From the human T2T-CHM13v2.0 reference genome, Homo sapiens: 64,000 nt of DNA. A program made the position numbers and the translations under genes. Positions 1 to 20,560 of the stretch are shown piece by piece. The stretch's first letter is position 1; every line of letters begins with the position of its first letter. The notes under the pieces were generated by a model that worked only from the letters and a program-made list of their open reading frames with translations, searched no databases and had not been told where the DNA came from. The stretch lies in the NCBI RefSeq assembly GCF_009914755.1, contig NC_060925.1; one strand, given 5' to 3'.

Positions 1-3000
1 GGCTCAATTTGCACCCATAGGAGACTTTAACCCTAGGGGAACTGTCAGACCTGAACTCTGCATGGTGGTCTTGCATATCAAATGGGGCCAGTCTGATCTG
101 ACCCTGGCCTCTCCCAGGGTCCCAGCCTGGCCATGCCTGCTTGTAGGGCAGCCTCAGGTCCCCTGGGGGCTCACATCATAACTCCTGTGCTGGCAGATCC
201 TCTCTGTCCAGTGGACAGCTCCAGCAGGGTGGCCCCCATGGCCACTCACCAGCCCACCTGCTCCCTCCCCACACGGCAGCCTTTCCCCAGATCCAAGGCA
301 AACCCCCACATCACTTTGCCAGCACATGTGTGCACAGGAAAGTTTTGCCTTCCCTGCCCCAACAGTGCACCTGTGTGCATGCACCCTGACCTGCCACTGC
401 TGCAGCAGGAGTACACTCCACCCTCACCTCTCCTAACCCAACTGCCATTGCAATTGGAGCCTTGGTGGGCACAGAGCCAGACAGCCCCACCCCCACCAGC
501 ACCCTGCACTTCTGCAAACACTGCCACAGGAGCGAAACTAGACGTAGAGAACAGTGGACCCTCCCCAACACTGAGTGACCACCCCTGCCTGTGGTACACA
601 GAGAAAACACACAGACCTGTGCCTGCCAGCACCCTGCCCCCATGCTCACACCACCACCAGCACAACCATGTGCACAGCTGCCATTAGACCCTCCCAACCC
701 CCACAGCCATGCTGCCTCTGCCACAGTGAATGCACCCATGGAGGCAGGGACCCTGGCACCCACTAGCACCCTGCCAGAGCCATCAAGTATGCACCTCACC
801 ATACTGCCACTGCTGCTTCTGCAGGCACATGCAACAAGGATGGATCCCACTGCTACCACATTGCAAAATGCTTTGGCTGACACCATCCATCACAGTGTAG
901 TGCCCAGCAGTCTGGAAGCACCTCAGCACTCCCAGCCCAGTGAATTCCTAACCTCGAGGAGCCAGAGAACAAAGCTGGGGCCTGATACAAGTCCCTCAGA
1001 GTTAGAGCACACACTCCAAGAGTTGGGAGTTGAGCACTGGCCTTCTAAAATCTTCCAGAAATGAAGCCAGTCAGCTGAATCCAGCTTATACCACAATCAA
1101 ACGCTCAAGGTCCTCAAATAGGATAAAAGGGGGAAAAACCAAAAGGTCAGCAACTTCAAAGACTGAAGAAACATCAGCCCACAGAGATGACAAAGAACCA
1201 GTGCAGAAACCTTGACAACTAAAAAGCCAGAGTGCCTTCTTTCCTCCAAATGACCACACCACCTCTCTGGCAAGGGTCCTGAACCACGCTGAGATGGCTG
1301 AAATAACAGAAATATTAATAGAATTAAGAATATAGATAGGAACAGAGATCATCAAGCTTCAGGAGAATGTTGAAACCCAATCCAAGGAAGCTAAGAATCA
1401 CAATAAAATGATACAAGAGCTGACAGACAAAATTAGCCAGTATAGAAAAGAATGTAACTGACCTGATAGAGCTGAAAAACACACTATAAGAATTTCATAA
1501 TGCAAACAAAGTACTAATAGCAGAATAGACCAACCTGAGGAAAGAATCTTGGAGCTTGAAAACTGGCTTTCTGAAATAAGACAGTCAGGAAAGAATAGAG
1601 AAAAAAGAATAAAAAGGAATGAACAAAAGCTCCAAGAAATAGTGGATTATGTAAAGAGACCAAATATATGACTCATTGGTGTCCCTGAAAGAGATGGGGA
1701 GAGTTTAAGTAGCTTGGGAAACGTATTTTAGGATATCATCCATGAGGACTTCCCCAAACTAGCTAGAGACGCCAACATTCAAATTCAAGAAATGCAGAGA
1801 ACCGCAGTAAGATATTTCACAAGAAGATCATCCCCAAGGTACATAATCATTAGATTCTCCAAGGTCAAAAAGAAAGAAAAAATGTTAAAGGCAGAGAAAG
1901 AGAGAAAGGTCAGGTTGCCTACAAAGAGAAGCCCATCAGACTAACAGCAGACCTCTCAGCAGAAACTCTGTAAGCCAGAAAAGATTGAGGGCCAATATTC
2001 AATATTCTTAAAGAAAAGAAATGCCAACCTGGAATTTTATATTTGGTCAAACTAAGTTTCATAAGTGGAGAAATACGATCCTTTTCAGACAAACAAATGC
2101 CTAGAGAATTCGTTACCAGCAGATCTGCCTTATAAGAGCTCCTGAAGGAAGCTCTAACTATGGAAAGACCATTACCAGCAACTGCAAAAACACACTTAAA
2201 TACACGACTAGTGACACTATGAAGCAACCACATATACGAGTCTGCATAGTAACCAGCTAACATCATAATGACAGAATCAAATCCACACATATCAACACTA
2301 ACATTGAAGGTAAATGGGTAAATGTCCCAATTAAAAGGCACAGAGTGGCAAGCTGGATAAGGAACCAAGACCCACTGGTATGCTGTCTTTAAGAGACCCA
2401 TCTCACATGCAATGACACACATAGGCTCAAAGTAAAGGGATGGAGGAAAATCTACCAAGCAAATGGAAAACAGAAAAAAGCAGGGGTTGTCATCCTAGTT
2501 TCCAACAAAACAGACTTTAAACCAACAGAGATCAAAAAACACAAAGAAGGGCAATACATAATGGTAAAGGGTTCAATTCAATAAGAAGACCTAACTATCC
2601 TAAATATATATGCACCCAACACAGGAGCACCCATATTCATAAAGCAAGTTCTTAGAGACCTTCAAAGAGACTTAGATTCCCACACGATCATAGTGGAAGA
2701 CTTTGACACCCCACTGACAGTATTAAACAGGTTATCAAAGCAGAAAATTAACAAATATATTTGGGACCTGAACTCAGCACTGGATCAAATGGACATGATA
2801 GACATCTCATCTACAGAATTCTCCACCCAAAAGCAACAGAATATACATTCTTCTCAGTGACACACATGACACGTACTCTGAAATTGACCACATAATCAGA
2901 CACAGAACACTCCTCAGCACATGCCAAAGACCTGAAATTATAACAACCACTCTCTCAGACCACAGCACCATCAAATTAGAAATCAAGACTAAGAAATTTG

Positions 3001-3746
3001 CTCAAAACCATACAATTACATGGAAATTGAATAACCTGCTCCTGAATGACTTTTGAATAAATAATGAAATTAAGGCAGAAATCAATAAGTTCTTTGAAAC
3101 TAATGAGAACAAAGATGTAACATACCAGAATCTCTGGGAGACAGGTAAGGCAGTGTTAAGAGGGAAGTTTATAGCACTAAATGCCCACATCAAAAGGTTA
3201 GAAAGATCTCAATTTAACAACCTAACATCACAACTAAAAGAACTAGAGAACCAAAAGCAAACCAACCCCAAATCCAACAGAAGACAAGAAATCATCAAAA
3301 TCAGAGCTGAACTGAAGGAGACAGAGGCACGAGAAAAATGTTCAAAACATCAATGAGTCCAGGAGTTGGTGTTCTGAAAAACAAAAATAGAAGAGATAGA
3401 CCACTAGCTAGACTAATAAACAAGAAAAAGAGGGAAGATCCAAATAAACACAATTAGAAATGACAAAAGGGATATTATCACTGACTCCAAAGAAACACAA
3501 ATGATCATCAGAGAATATTATGAACACCTCTATGTTCATAAACTAGAAAATCTGGAAGAAGTAGAAAATTCATGGACACATACACACAACTTCCCTAGAC
3601 TGAGCCAGGAAGAAACTGAATCCCTGAACAGACCAATAATGCATTTTGAAATTGAATCAGTAATAAACAGCCTACCACTCAAAAAAGCCCAGGACCAGAC
3701 AGATTCACAGCGAAATTCTATCAGATGCACAAAGAAGAGCTGGTAC

Positions 3747-4091
3747 TGTTTTTTGTTTTGTTGTTATTGTTGTTGTTTGTTGTTTGTTTGTTTTTTGTTT
3801 TTTGTTTTTGAGACGGAGTCTCAATCTGTCACCCAGGCTGGAGTATAGTGGCATGATCTTAGCTCACTGCAACCTCCGCCTCCCAGGTTCAAGCAGTTCT
3901 CATGCTTCAGCATCCCGAGTAGCTGGGACTACAGGCTTGCACCACTACACTCAGCTAATTTTTGTATTTTTAGTAGAGACAGGGTTTCACCATGTTGGCC
4001 AGGCTGGTCTTGAACTCCTCACCTCAGGTGATCCAGCCACCTCGGCCGCCCGAAGTGCTGGGATTACAGGCGTGAGCCACCATTCCTGGCC
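3747..4091 (-). mobile_element. AluS element inserted in L1 ORF2
   Basis: Full dimeric Alu with GT-rich tail; TSD GAGCTGGTAC at 3737-3746 and 4092-4101. Confidence 0.95.
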
Positions 4092-5366
4092 GAGCTGGTA
4101 CCATTTCTACTGAAACTATTCTTAAAAAGTTGAGCAGAAGGGATTCCTCCTTAACTCATGCTATGAGGCCAGCATCATCCTTATACCAAAACCTGACAGA
4201 GACACAACAAAAAAAGGAAATTTCAGGTCAATATCCATGATGAACACTGATGCAAAAATCCTCAACAAAATACTGTTAACCAAATCCAGCAGCACATCAA
4301 AAGGCTTATCCACCATGATCAAGTAGGCTTTATCCCTAGGATGCAAGGTTGGTTCAACATATGCAAATCAATAAATGTGACTGATCACATATACAGAACT
4401 AAAGACAAAAACTACGTGATTATTTCAATAGATGCAGAAAAGCCTTTCAATAAAATTCAACACTCCTTTCTGTTAAACTCTGTCAATAAACTAGGTATTG
4501 AAGGAACATACCTCAAAGTAATAAGAGCCATCTATGACAAACCCACAGCCAACATCATACTAAATGGGCAAAAGCTGGGATCATTCCTCTCAAAAGCCAG
4601 CACAAAATAAGGATGCACTCTCGCACCACTTCTATTCAACATGGTTTTTGGAAGTCCTGGCCAGAGCAATCAGGCAAGAGAAGGAAATAAAGGGCATCCG
4701 AACAGCAATAGAGAAGCCGAAATATCCCTGTTTGCAGGCGACATGATCCTATATCTAGAAAACCCCATCATCTCAGCCTAAAAGCTCCTTAAGCTCATAA
4801 ACAATTTCAGCAAATTCTCAGGATACAAAATCAATGTACAAAAATCACCAGCATTCCTATACACCAACAACAGTTAAAGCCAAGAGCCAAATCAGGAACA
4901 CAATCCCATTCACAATTGCCACCAAAGAATAAAATACCTAAGAATACAGTTAACCAAGGAGGTGAAAGACAAGGAGCGATAAACAGAACTACAAAACACT
5001 CCTCAAGGAAATAAGAGATGACAAAAACAAATGAAAAAACATTCCATGCTCACAGATAGGAAGAATCAATATCATTAAAATGGCCATACTGCCCAAAAAA
5101 TTTATAGATTCAATGTTATTTCTATCAAACTACCAATGACATTCTTCACAGAACTAGAAAAAACTATTTTAAAATTCATGTGGAACCAAAGAAAAGAGCT
5201 TGAAAAGCCAAGGTAATCTTTAGCAAAAAGAACAAAGCTGGAGGCATCATGCTACCTGACTTCAAACTATACTACAGGGCCATAGTACTCAAAACAACAT
5301 GGTACTGCTACAAAAACAGACACATAGACCAACGGAACAGAATAGCGAATCAAGATATAAGGCTGC

Positions 5367-5640
5367 AGCCTGGGTGCAGTGGCTCACACCTGTAATCCCA
5401 GCACTTTGGGAGGCTGAGGTGGGTGGATCACCTGAGGTTGGGAGTTCAAAACCAGTCTGACCAACTTGGAGAAACCCCATCTCTACTAAAAATACAAAAT
5501 TAGCTGGGCGTTGTAGTGCATGCCTGTAATCCCAGCTACTCAGGAGGCTGAGGCAGGAGAATCGCTTGAACCCAGGAGGCAGAGGTTGCGGTGAGTGGAG
5601 ATTGCACCATTACACTCCAGCCTGGGCAACAAGAGGAAAA
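5367..5640 (+). mobile_element. AluSp-like element inserted in L1 ORF2
   Basis: Sp-type positions (CTGACCAAC..GGAGAAACC, GGTTGCGGTGAG, GGCAACAAGAG); the last ~10 nt are lost into the adjacent microsatellite. Confidence 0.92.
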
Positions 5641-6258
<618 letters not shown>

Positions 6259-9245
6259 CTAGCTGCACATCTTTAACTATCTGATCTTTGACAAAATTGA
6301 CAAGAACAAGCAATGGGGAAAGGATTTCCTATTCAGTAAATGGTGCTGGGATAACTGGCTAGCCATATGGAGAAGATTGAAACTTGACCCCTTCCTTATA
6401 CTATATACAAAAATCAACTCAAGATGGATTAAAGACTTAAATGTAAAATCCAAGACTACAAAAACCCTCGAAGACAACCTAGGTGATACCATCCTGGCCA
6501 TAGGAATGGGTGACGATTTCATGACCAAGATGCCAAAAGCAATAGCGACAAAAGCAAAAATTGTCAAATGGGATCTAATTAAACTAAAGAGCTTCCGCAC
6601 AGCAAAAGAAAGTATCAACAGGGTAAACAAACAACCTACAGAATGGGAGAAAATTTTTGCAAGCACACATCTGACAAAGGTCTAATATCCATCATCTATA
6701 AGGCACTTAAACAAATTAACAAGAGAAAAACAACCCCATTAAAAAGTGGGCAAAGGACATGAACAGAAACTTTTCAAAAAAGATATACATGTGGCTAAGA
6801 AACAGATGAATAAAACCTCAACATCACTGATTATTAAAGAAATGCAAATCAAAACCACAGTGAGATACCATCTCACACCAGTCAGAATGTCTATTATTAA
6901 AAAGTCAAAAAAATAACAGGTGCTGGCAAGGCTGCACAGAAAAAGGAATGCTTATGAACTGTTGGTGGGAGTGTAAATTAGTTCAACCATTGTGGAAAAC
7001 AGTGTGGCACTTCCTCAAAGACCTAAAAACAGAATCCTCATTTGACCCAGCCATCTCATTACTGGGTATATATCCAAAGGAATATAAATCATTCCATTAT
7101 AAAGACACATGTACACATATGTTCATTGTAGCATTAATCACAATAGCAAAGACATGAAATTCATCTAAATGTCAATGGTAGACTGGGTAAAGAAAATGTG
7201 GTACATATGTGCCATGGAATACTATGCAGCCATAAAAAATGAGATCATGTCCTTTGCAAGAATATAAATGGAGCTGCAGGCCATTATCCTTAGCAAACTA
7301 ATGCAGGAACAGAAAACCAAATGCCACATATTCTCACTTATAAGTGGGAGCTAAATGATGAAAATACATGGACACATAGGGGAGAACAACATACACTGGG
7401 GCCGACTGGAGGGTGGAGGGTGGGAGGAGGTAGAGGATGAGGAAAAATAACTAATGGGTACTAGGATGAATGCCTGGGTGATGAAATAATCTGTACAACA
7501 AACCCCCATGACATGAGTTTACCCATGTAACAAACCTACACAAGTACCAGTGAACTTAAAATAATTAAAAAAAAATACAGGAAGAACAAATAAATAAATT
7601 CTCTGATTTTAACAGTGGTAGACCCTGTTCAGGTATACTTGAAAGTGAATGGAGTCTGTTTCCTTGTGCCCCCACACACCCTACCCACACACACGATGCT
7701 TCCACCAAGTATCCCCAGCTGCTTGCAAACTTAGCTCTAAACCTCTGCTTGGCATCAGGGCTAAGGCCAGTCTTCTCCCAGCCTCACAACCTCTGCCTTG
7801 GCACTGTCATCGTGCCACGCTCTTGAGAACATGCTCCAGAACCTGGCTTAGTTAGAGACTGCTCTTTTCAGCTCAGTAATCCCCTGCCCACCCTAGGTAG
7901 GGCCCACGGCAAAGGAGAGGAGCATGTGGAGGAAGGGTTTGGTACCTCTGAGCTTCAAAAGGGGCCTACTGCAGGGATGGAAGGAAATCTGAGAATAGAG
8001 TTTTAGAATGACTGAAAATGCCACCTCTGTGCTACTGTGGGACTTTCAACAGTCCATTCCCACAGCCGTTCCTTGCAACCCCACCATAAGTATCTCCCTC
8101 CATGATCCACGGGTAGGAGCACATCTAGGAAAGCCTCTAACTGACAGGGCAACTCACTCCTATGATGCTTTCCAACTGATGTGTCAACTATCAGTTCCTT
8201 TCTTCCAGCGTCTACGTATACAATTCCAACTCCTCAGGCCGTGCCAGCACTGATCAAAGCACTACCATCTAGTTATAGTAGTGACACTGTGGAAGAAATC
8301 AAACAGCATCTCCAGCGGCAAGATCACAACTCTTCATAACTCTTGGTTTGGCGGGATACAACCTATCACTGATGCAGTGGTACTTATGTGCTGAGTATTT
8401 AAGTTATTAACCCACTGTGGCTGAGTGGGGAGAATGGAAGGTTCTGGAGTATGGAGAGAACTTCTTGCACGTGGTTAGTGTATCTAAGAAACATGTATTG
8501 AAATAATTGGTGACTCAATAATCTATTCATGCTTTAAATCTGAGTCCAAGGTACCCTCTGTAAGAAAGCTAAAATTCCAGCGTTGTTTCCTGATGTGGAA
8601 ATAACCCTTCCTGAAGACCCTGGAATTCACACATGACGGTTTTCTACAGAGGACACCTGTCCTTAAACCTCCTAGGAATAAAGGTCTTTGAGAACCTGTT
8701 CCTCTGTGCCTTCTACCTTTAGTAGTGCTTTAGCCACACCCCCAGCACAGCATTTGCTCCAGTGCTTTCTGGTGAGGTGTCTATTTCTTTGTCTTCCCTG
8801 CTAGATGACTAGCTCCTGAGAACACAGGCTACACCTTATTAATTGTAATCTCCCAAATAAATGCTCAAGAATTCATAACCAATGGCTACAGTGAATCCAG
8901 GCAATAACCATAATAAAACTGAGAAGAATCAGGTTTCTTGGCCATCCAGAAAGTAGTAGAGAGTCCACTATGTTGTTCATTCTTAGCAATGATAAGTAGC
9001 TATTAAGCAACCTTAGCAGTCATGTGCTAGGCAAAGGATGGAAAATTAAAATAGCAATTGTCAGACACAGTGTGTTTTATGAAAAATTGCTTCAGAACAT
9101 TCAGGCAATTATGGGGATGGGAAACACACTGGGGCAGTCACAATTTCAGTGAAGTTTTCTCCTCTGTTCCGGCCTTCCCAGTAGCAACCCTACACATTTG
9201 AACCATAGTGAATAGCCACACATTTGAAAGGCTTGCAACCATTTC

Positions 9246-9554
9246 TTTTCCCTTTTTTTTTTTTTTTTTTTTGGAGATAGAGTCTCTCTCTGTCTCCCAA
9301 GCTGGGGTGCAATGGTAGGATCTCAGTTCACCGCAACCACCACCTCCAGGGTTCAAGCGATTCTCCTGACTCAGCCTCCCGAGTAGCTGGGATTACAGGT
9401 ATGCACCACCACACCCAGCTAATTTTTCTATTTTTAGTAGAGACGGGGTTCTGCCATGTTCGCCAGGCTGGTCTCAAACTCCTGACCTCAGGTGATCCAC
9501 CCGCCTTGGCCTCCCAAAGTGCTGGGATTACAGGCTGAGCCACTGCACCCAGAC
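9246..9554 (-). mobile_element. AluS element
   Basis: Full Alu, poly-T tail, TSD CAACCATTTC. Confidence 0.95.
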
Positions 9555-10859
9555 ACAACCATTTCATTATCTCTTCCCACCTTTCCTCCTTTCCCCTAAC
9601 CCCCCACAACACAAACACTAATTAGAAGATATCATCCTCACCATAGCAACATCAGATATTGTGCAATGATTGCAGCGCACTTTCTGGTGACTGTGCTGCT
9701 TATACCCCACTGGATGCAGAATGAATTCATGTGCAACCTCTCCCAGATAACTCCTGATTCAGAGCGCTCTTTGTTCAGTTGCCAGAAGTAATAGTGCTTT
9801 TTATTTTAGGAATTTAAGAAGTTTCTTCTTTTAGAATCCTCACATTTCACAAATAAATTGCTGAAGGCCATTAAAAAAGAATGTCCTATTTTCTCAGCTA
9901 TTTATTTCCTGCAGCATCTACTTTTTCAGAACTGAAGACTTAATGCCATTCATTCATTAGATATACATCCAATCAAGCTCAAAATCCATGGCAATCTTAG
10001 AAAGGTGCAATTTACCAGCCCCTATCTTGGACCTGGAGTTTACAAATATATAGAATCTTATCTTGTTAAGGCAGCTGAGGAGTTTCAAAGGAAAGATGGA
10101 GCTTGATATCTAGTCTGCAGTTGTGAATCCTACCTATAAAGTCAGTCTCTCTCCTGGGTTGCCGATAAGGCTCTGCCTTGTATTTTGAAAAGAAAACAAG
10201 ACTACCGGACTTGAACATAAGGGTGATGGTGAAGACTCCTCCTCAGAAAGTCATCTTCAGCCAAGCATGCCTTCCTAAAGTCAGCCAAGGCCAAGCAAGT
10301 TACATTTCAATTTACAAAGAATGGAAGTGGAAACTCAGTGTAAAAGAGGGTGCCTGGGAGGAACAGCCAGCCATGTGCACGTGGACCCACAAGCAGATGA
10401 GAAGGCAGATTCTTCCATCTTGCTACTTGTTACTGCTCTTCATTATCTATACACAGAAAGCGTAGAAGTCACAGATTCTTTTTTAGAAACTCTGCTATTT
10501 GTTTCATGTCAGACTCCCCAGAACATTTCAGTTGAGTATGACTAAGCAAAACTTGCTGCTCTTTCCCTCTCCTTTAACCTTTACTCAGTGGTGCTAACAA
10601 ATTCAAAAATAGCCAAAAAGTGAGCTAGAAAAAGAAAATCGAGGACAAAAAAAAAAAAAGAGTTCAAATCAGAATAGCTGGTTCCTTGGCCCTTGTAAAA
10701 GTTATTCTCTCAATGAGTGCAGATGCCAAACAACTCTAGACTCATTAACTGATTGCACGTTGCTGACATCTTCCCTTGAGAACTCCACTGACATTTCAAA
10801 CAGTGATGCTCACATATCTGCACAGGAAACTTCTTGTCTTTTCTCAAAGAAAGTTACCA

Positions 10860-11207
<348 letters not shown>

Positions 11208-11224
11208 TCAGAAAATCGTTTTTA

Positions 11225-11563
<339 letters not shown>

Positions 11564-12474
11564 CTAAAGTCAACCTGAGCCTTCCCAGTGTGGATTTCAT
11601 CTTTAAACAAATTTTTCTAACCAACGTAGAGGAGAGCAAGCGGGGGAACCAAGGAGATCAATCTCTGCCTCCTGTATTTTCGTGAAATTAGAGCACCAAT
11701 CTCTTTAACTGCTGTTCAGAGATATCCAAAATGCCACAGAAAGCCCAGAAGTAGTTTGTTTGCAGAGAAAGATACTTATCGTGACCGGGGGTAAGGAAGA
11801 GTTCTCTGTGCAGAACATGCAATTTAAAGGCTAGTTTGGTGCTTGATACACAGAGGACAATCACTCAATAAATGCTATTGACTGACAAATAACCTGAAAA
11901 GCCACCTGAATGCTCCTGGAATTAATGAGTTCTTATCCCCCTTCAGCCTGTTTTTATGTTGGCATTTGAAGCATCATCCTCAGGCCTGTTTTAGATAAGT
12001 CATTTTGGATTCTTCTAGATCTTTAAGATGCCTTTTAATTTCATGGACCTTAAAGATTTGGGGTCAGACCACCAAAGATGATGAATGTGAATGGAGGAGC
12101 CATGGCTTCTACGATTTTAAATAACCTTTCTTCAAACTGGGTTGACAGTCACTGAGTACACAGAGAACTAAGCCATCTTTCTCCTAGTTGCAACTGATGT
12201 TCTGGATGCCCTCGTAGATAGAAGATTCCAGGAAGCACAGAGTGATGGCCGTTTCCTCTTCCCATAGGTGCCTCCACCTCCAGTCTTGACCTGTTACCTC
12301 TTAATTTGTAGATGTATTGTGCAGTGTCACCAGAAAAGCAACATTACAGCGACTTCCCCTCTTTTGCATGTTAAGGTGAATTCTGTCTTTGTGACCTTTC
12401 TTGGATGTATGAAAATGGGGTAATAAGTGACAGGAGGGATGTTAAAAGGCAGCAAAGTGGGCTGAGTTTATTTA

Positions 12475-12918
<444 letters not shown>

Positions 12919-13483
12919 TCAGATAAAGGAGGAAAAAACTATAAGAGTAACCGTCATGTTCATGAGTTGCTGAGAAAGACAGGCAAGTGGGAAAAAGATT
13001 TTAATAAGCTTGCTCCGTATTGAGAATGATCTAGGGAATTATTCATAGTATTAAAATTGCTTTTCAAAAATCGCTGCTGAATGTCAGGTTGCTGCTCTTG
13101 CGAATGCCACACTGTGCTAAGCCTGGGCCACCAGGGAGCTCAGCTTTATAGGAATTAGAGAGGCTGTCACAGTTTCACCCAGTTCTACTCTACCAGCTAG
13201 AATGTATATAAACGCATCATGTTGTTTTACTTGTCTCAACATTGCTTGATAAGAATTTCCTCTTTAAAACATAGCTCCACAGAATCTGAGAGCTGGGTAG
13301 GACTTCAGAGTCAATCAAAGCAGTCTGAATGCTCAACCCTAATGAACTTAATTTTAAAAAAGAAAAAGTAAAACCTTTTGTGATTTCTAAAGATTTTATT
13401 AATTTTAGAACTTGGGATATACTTGATATAGTTCTCTTTATAACAGACTATTTAAATTCTCAAACTCTCAAGTTATTGATAAC

Positions 13484-16250
<2,767 letters not shown>

Positions 16251-17787
16251 TCCATTCATTTTCTTATTCATAAATATTTGTCCAGGGCCTCCTAGGTACT
16301 TGTATACTTCTTATATACCCTAAGGATATAGTAGTAAATAAGTTCCCACCCTCGGAAGGCTAACTAACATTTTTGCCAACTTTCAGGGTTTTGTTTCGAT
16401 ACCTGAAACTTGAATATTTAGTTTATTTCTGCCCTTCCCCACGTTAACTTAAGATTTAATAACAACAAAACAAGTATAAGATAAGGACATAGATAAATTT
16501 AGTATTCTGATTCCCATGGGTTCCATTTAGGATTTAGCATAAAATGGACTCTCTTACTCTTTCTCTCTGTTTTTCCTCTCTTCCCACCCCACACATACTC
16601 ATTTTCTTTTTCCCTCTCTCTCCCTCTCGCTCTTTCTCTCCTTCCTAATTCCAAGCTCTACCTCCGATCACTGCCCTGCCTCCCTGTTGACACTTACTCT
16701 TGCAATCTAATACAGGATTTTTTAAAATATATGAGTACCTTACCTAAAATAATCCCTGCTACTGTGTAAACTAGCAAATGTGTCACCTTCCTTAGACTTC
16801 TCAGTCTTTGAGAAGTGATAAGGATTGCAGGTTCTACGGCATAGGGGAAGCATTCTTGGGTGTGTGTGGAGTGTAGAGGGCTTGCTTTATCACTCTAATC
16901 ACAGCATCTTGACAGTTTCTACTACAGGCAGGACTTGTTCTGACCTTCCCTATACAGTTTTCCCCCGGGGTTATAGGAATGTTTGCATTCAGAACAAGAT
17001 GTCTGTATCTCTGCCACAGATTCTGGAGATGGTCGATGCTCCCTGAGATTGCTGAGGCTGAGAGGAACCCTTCAAACTGCATCCCCAGCAAAAGAACATG
17101 ATTTTTCCCCATATAAGACACAGCAGAGAATTCAACCCCAGACAGCCACAGGATCCCCTCTGACAGGCTGATTTAATGCTCAAGGAAGATTGTTCTAGAC
17201 AGTCTTATCATCAGTGCCTGAGAACAGACGCTTTAGAAGCTGACTCTAAGGAAGAAGCGAATCTCTACAGAATGGACCACTCACTGTTCTAGTGATCACA
17301 ACCATAGAACCAGTACAATTCCTTCTCTGGTAATACATTCATTCACAGCCTTCAACAAACATTTGGTGACCACTTACCCTATACCCAGGACTGTGTCAAA
17401 TAATTATGAAGCTAAGTAAGAAAAGACTCTATTCTCCAAGAGTCTGAACTCAGTGGGGAACTCCCAGTCCAGTATAGTATAGAGGACAAGGTACTTGCTC
17501 CCAGTTTAAGCTCCTCATGCTACCAGAGGACCTGGACAAAAAAACCTTATGATGGCCTGAGGTTATGAGTTATATTTAAAGTTTCAATACAATGTAATTA
17601 ACACCATAATATAAACAGGAATATTTCAGCAAGCGTCTACGCATCCCAGAATTCCAAAATAAAGTGAATAAATGTCTATGAGCACTTCTTTGTGCCAGGG
17701 ACTATGCCAAGTGTTAAAACATGACATTGAATAAGACACAATCCTTTCCCTTTGAAAGGGATACATTTAGTTCAGTAACTCAAATAA

Positions 17788-18272
<485 letters not shown>

Positions 18273-18709
18273 GATCTGTGTCTTTTTAACCGAAAACATG
18301 ACTAGAAAGATACCTTTCCTGGACCTTGGTATCACAAACCATTTAATATCTTTAATAAGGCAGAAAGCAATGTAAAATAAAATCCCCTCTAGGTCAAAAC
18401 GCATAGTTAGCATAGATTTGTGTGGGTTTTTTTTTTTTTCTGATTTCCACTATTAGTTACAACATTTGCCTTGTGCCCACTCTGTAGCAATTGTACAGCA
18501 GATCTGAGGACTTTCATAAGAGGAAGGGAAACATCCCAGTGATGAGGTCCCAGCCTTGGAGCAGCCCTGGATCCTGCTCCAGGAGTTTATGGTCTAGGAT
18601 GGGAGTGAAGACACAGCTACAATATTTTAGGTAAAAAGTGAAGTCCTGATTAAACCCTGTTAGGGCAGGAAACTAACAAAGGAAGAAATAAGGTATGACC
18701 CAAACCATA

Positions 18710-19055
<346 letters not shown>

Positions 19056-19375
19056 TAGACTAGAAGATCTACAATAATCCAGACAGAAATTTGTTGATCA
19101 GGTTATAGAAGTCACCTAGCAAACAACATTGGGACTGACCTGCAGACAGGTCCACTGTGATGGGCAATGAGAACCTTCAAACAGCATCTTCTTGGCTCCC
19201 CCATGCCTGTCCAGCAACAGCACTTTAGGTGGTATGAGTTGATAGATGATCTCTGAATTGAATAAAAGGCATGCATCTGGAAGTAGGTGGCCCCAGATGA
19301 AGGAATTCTGTGAGGAGACCTCAGAGATGCAAAACAGTCCTTGCCTTCCCCATGAAGAGAGGGTTCCAGAAAGAA

Positions 19376-19779
19376 TATATTAGTATGCAGGGGCTGTTAT
19401 AACAAAGCACCACAGCCTGGTGGACCTAAACAACAGACATTTGTTTTCTCATTATTCTGGAGGGTAGAAGAGTGAGATCAAGGTGTTGGCAGGGTTGCTT
19501 TCTTCTGAGACCTCTCTCCTTGACTTGCAAAGGGTCATTTTTTTCCCTGTGTCTTCATATGGTCTTCCTTCTATAGGTATTCATGTCCTCATCTCCCCTT
19601 CTAAAAAGTATACCAGTCATATTGAAATAAGGCCCCATCCTAATGACCTCACTTAACCTTAATTACCTCTTTGAAGACCGTGTCTCCAAATATAGTCACA
19701 TTATGAAGTAATAACCCCTAGTAAGGGGTTGGGGCTTCGATATATGAATTTGTAGGGGAGCACAATTTAGCCCATATCA
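19376..19779 (-). mobile_element. MaLR solo LTR (MLT1A/MLT1A0-like)
   Basis: Typical MLT1A blocks: ATAACAAAGCACCACAG, GAGATCAAGGTGTTGGCAGGGTTG, TTAACCTTAATTACCTC, CACAATTTAGCCCATA. Confidence 0.85.
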
Positions 19780-20045
19780 GCAAAGAAGCAGAATATTGAA
19801 GACAAATTGCCCATATTTCACAATTTTCACTTTAAAATCAACTTAGTCCCCTCTCCTTAGTCCTGTTCATATTAAAATGCCACCATCCAGAAAAGAAAAA
19901 CAAAAAAACCTGGTGCAGCAATGAGCTCATACTTACATTCACTAGGAAGGTGGGACACATTAAGCCAGTAGCTCCCAACACCTGGCTCATCAAAAGAAGG
20001 TCTTAGGATGAATTTTTTTTTAATCTAGATTACTGGGCCCCATCA

Positions 20046-20545
20046 TGTTACCAAAATATCAGGGGTTCAGTCTAGGTCCTACTGCTTGCCACACAGAAAG
20101 CCAATCGATCACTAACACAATGAGTATTTCTAGAGAAGAAGGCTTTAATCGGGTGCTGCAGCCAAGGAGATGGGAGATGAGTCTCAAATCCATCTCTTTG
20201 ACTGACTAAAATTAGGTATTTATATAGCAGGGAAGAAATGTAACCATGCAGGAAAACAGGAAATAGGGAGAGGTAAGAACAAGGAGTTGGTCAACAGGAA
20301 GCACGTAGTCAGTTAGGCAGTCATGAAGGGTGAGGGGTCTGTCATCTCATTGTCCAGATGCAGTGATCTGGTAAGTTTCAGTTCCTTGATACTATCTGAG
20401 AGGCTGAATAGTTGGTTTCCTGAGAAAGGAACTCAGATAAGACAAATGCAACTTTCTCAAGTTTCAAGACTAGGAGTGTCAATTTCCATGTTTATTCAAA
20501 AGAAACCATAAAAATCAGTTTGATGGGACAACTGGGTCAGTTTCA
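20046..20545 (-). mobile_element. ERV1 solo LTR (LTR26-like)
   Basis: TG...CA termini; 4-bp TSD ATCA/GTCA; reverse complement aligns by eye to the LTR at 24688-25389. Confidence 0.82.
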
Positions 20546-20560
20546 GTCATAAACCAATGA

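Noticed and set aside
133-1215. Dense overlapping ORFs up to 191 aa
   Set aside because: They lie in the C-rich, stop-poor L1 5' UTR and resemble no protein I recognise, including ORF0 of young L1PA.
8008-10545. Short non-repeat ORFs that might be exons of a decayed gene
   Set aside because: The frames I translated gave no recognisable domain, and splice signals were inconsistent.
16744-17250. Non-repeat ORF cluster with a strong minus-strand donor (TAG|GTAAGG at 16744)
   Set aside because: No convincing acceptor and no recognisable protein similarity; it could be a lncRNA exon but I cannot support that.
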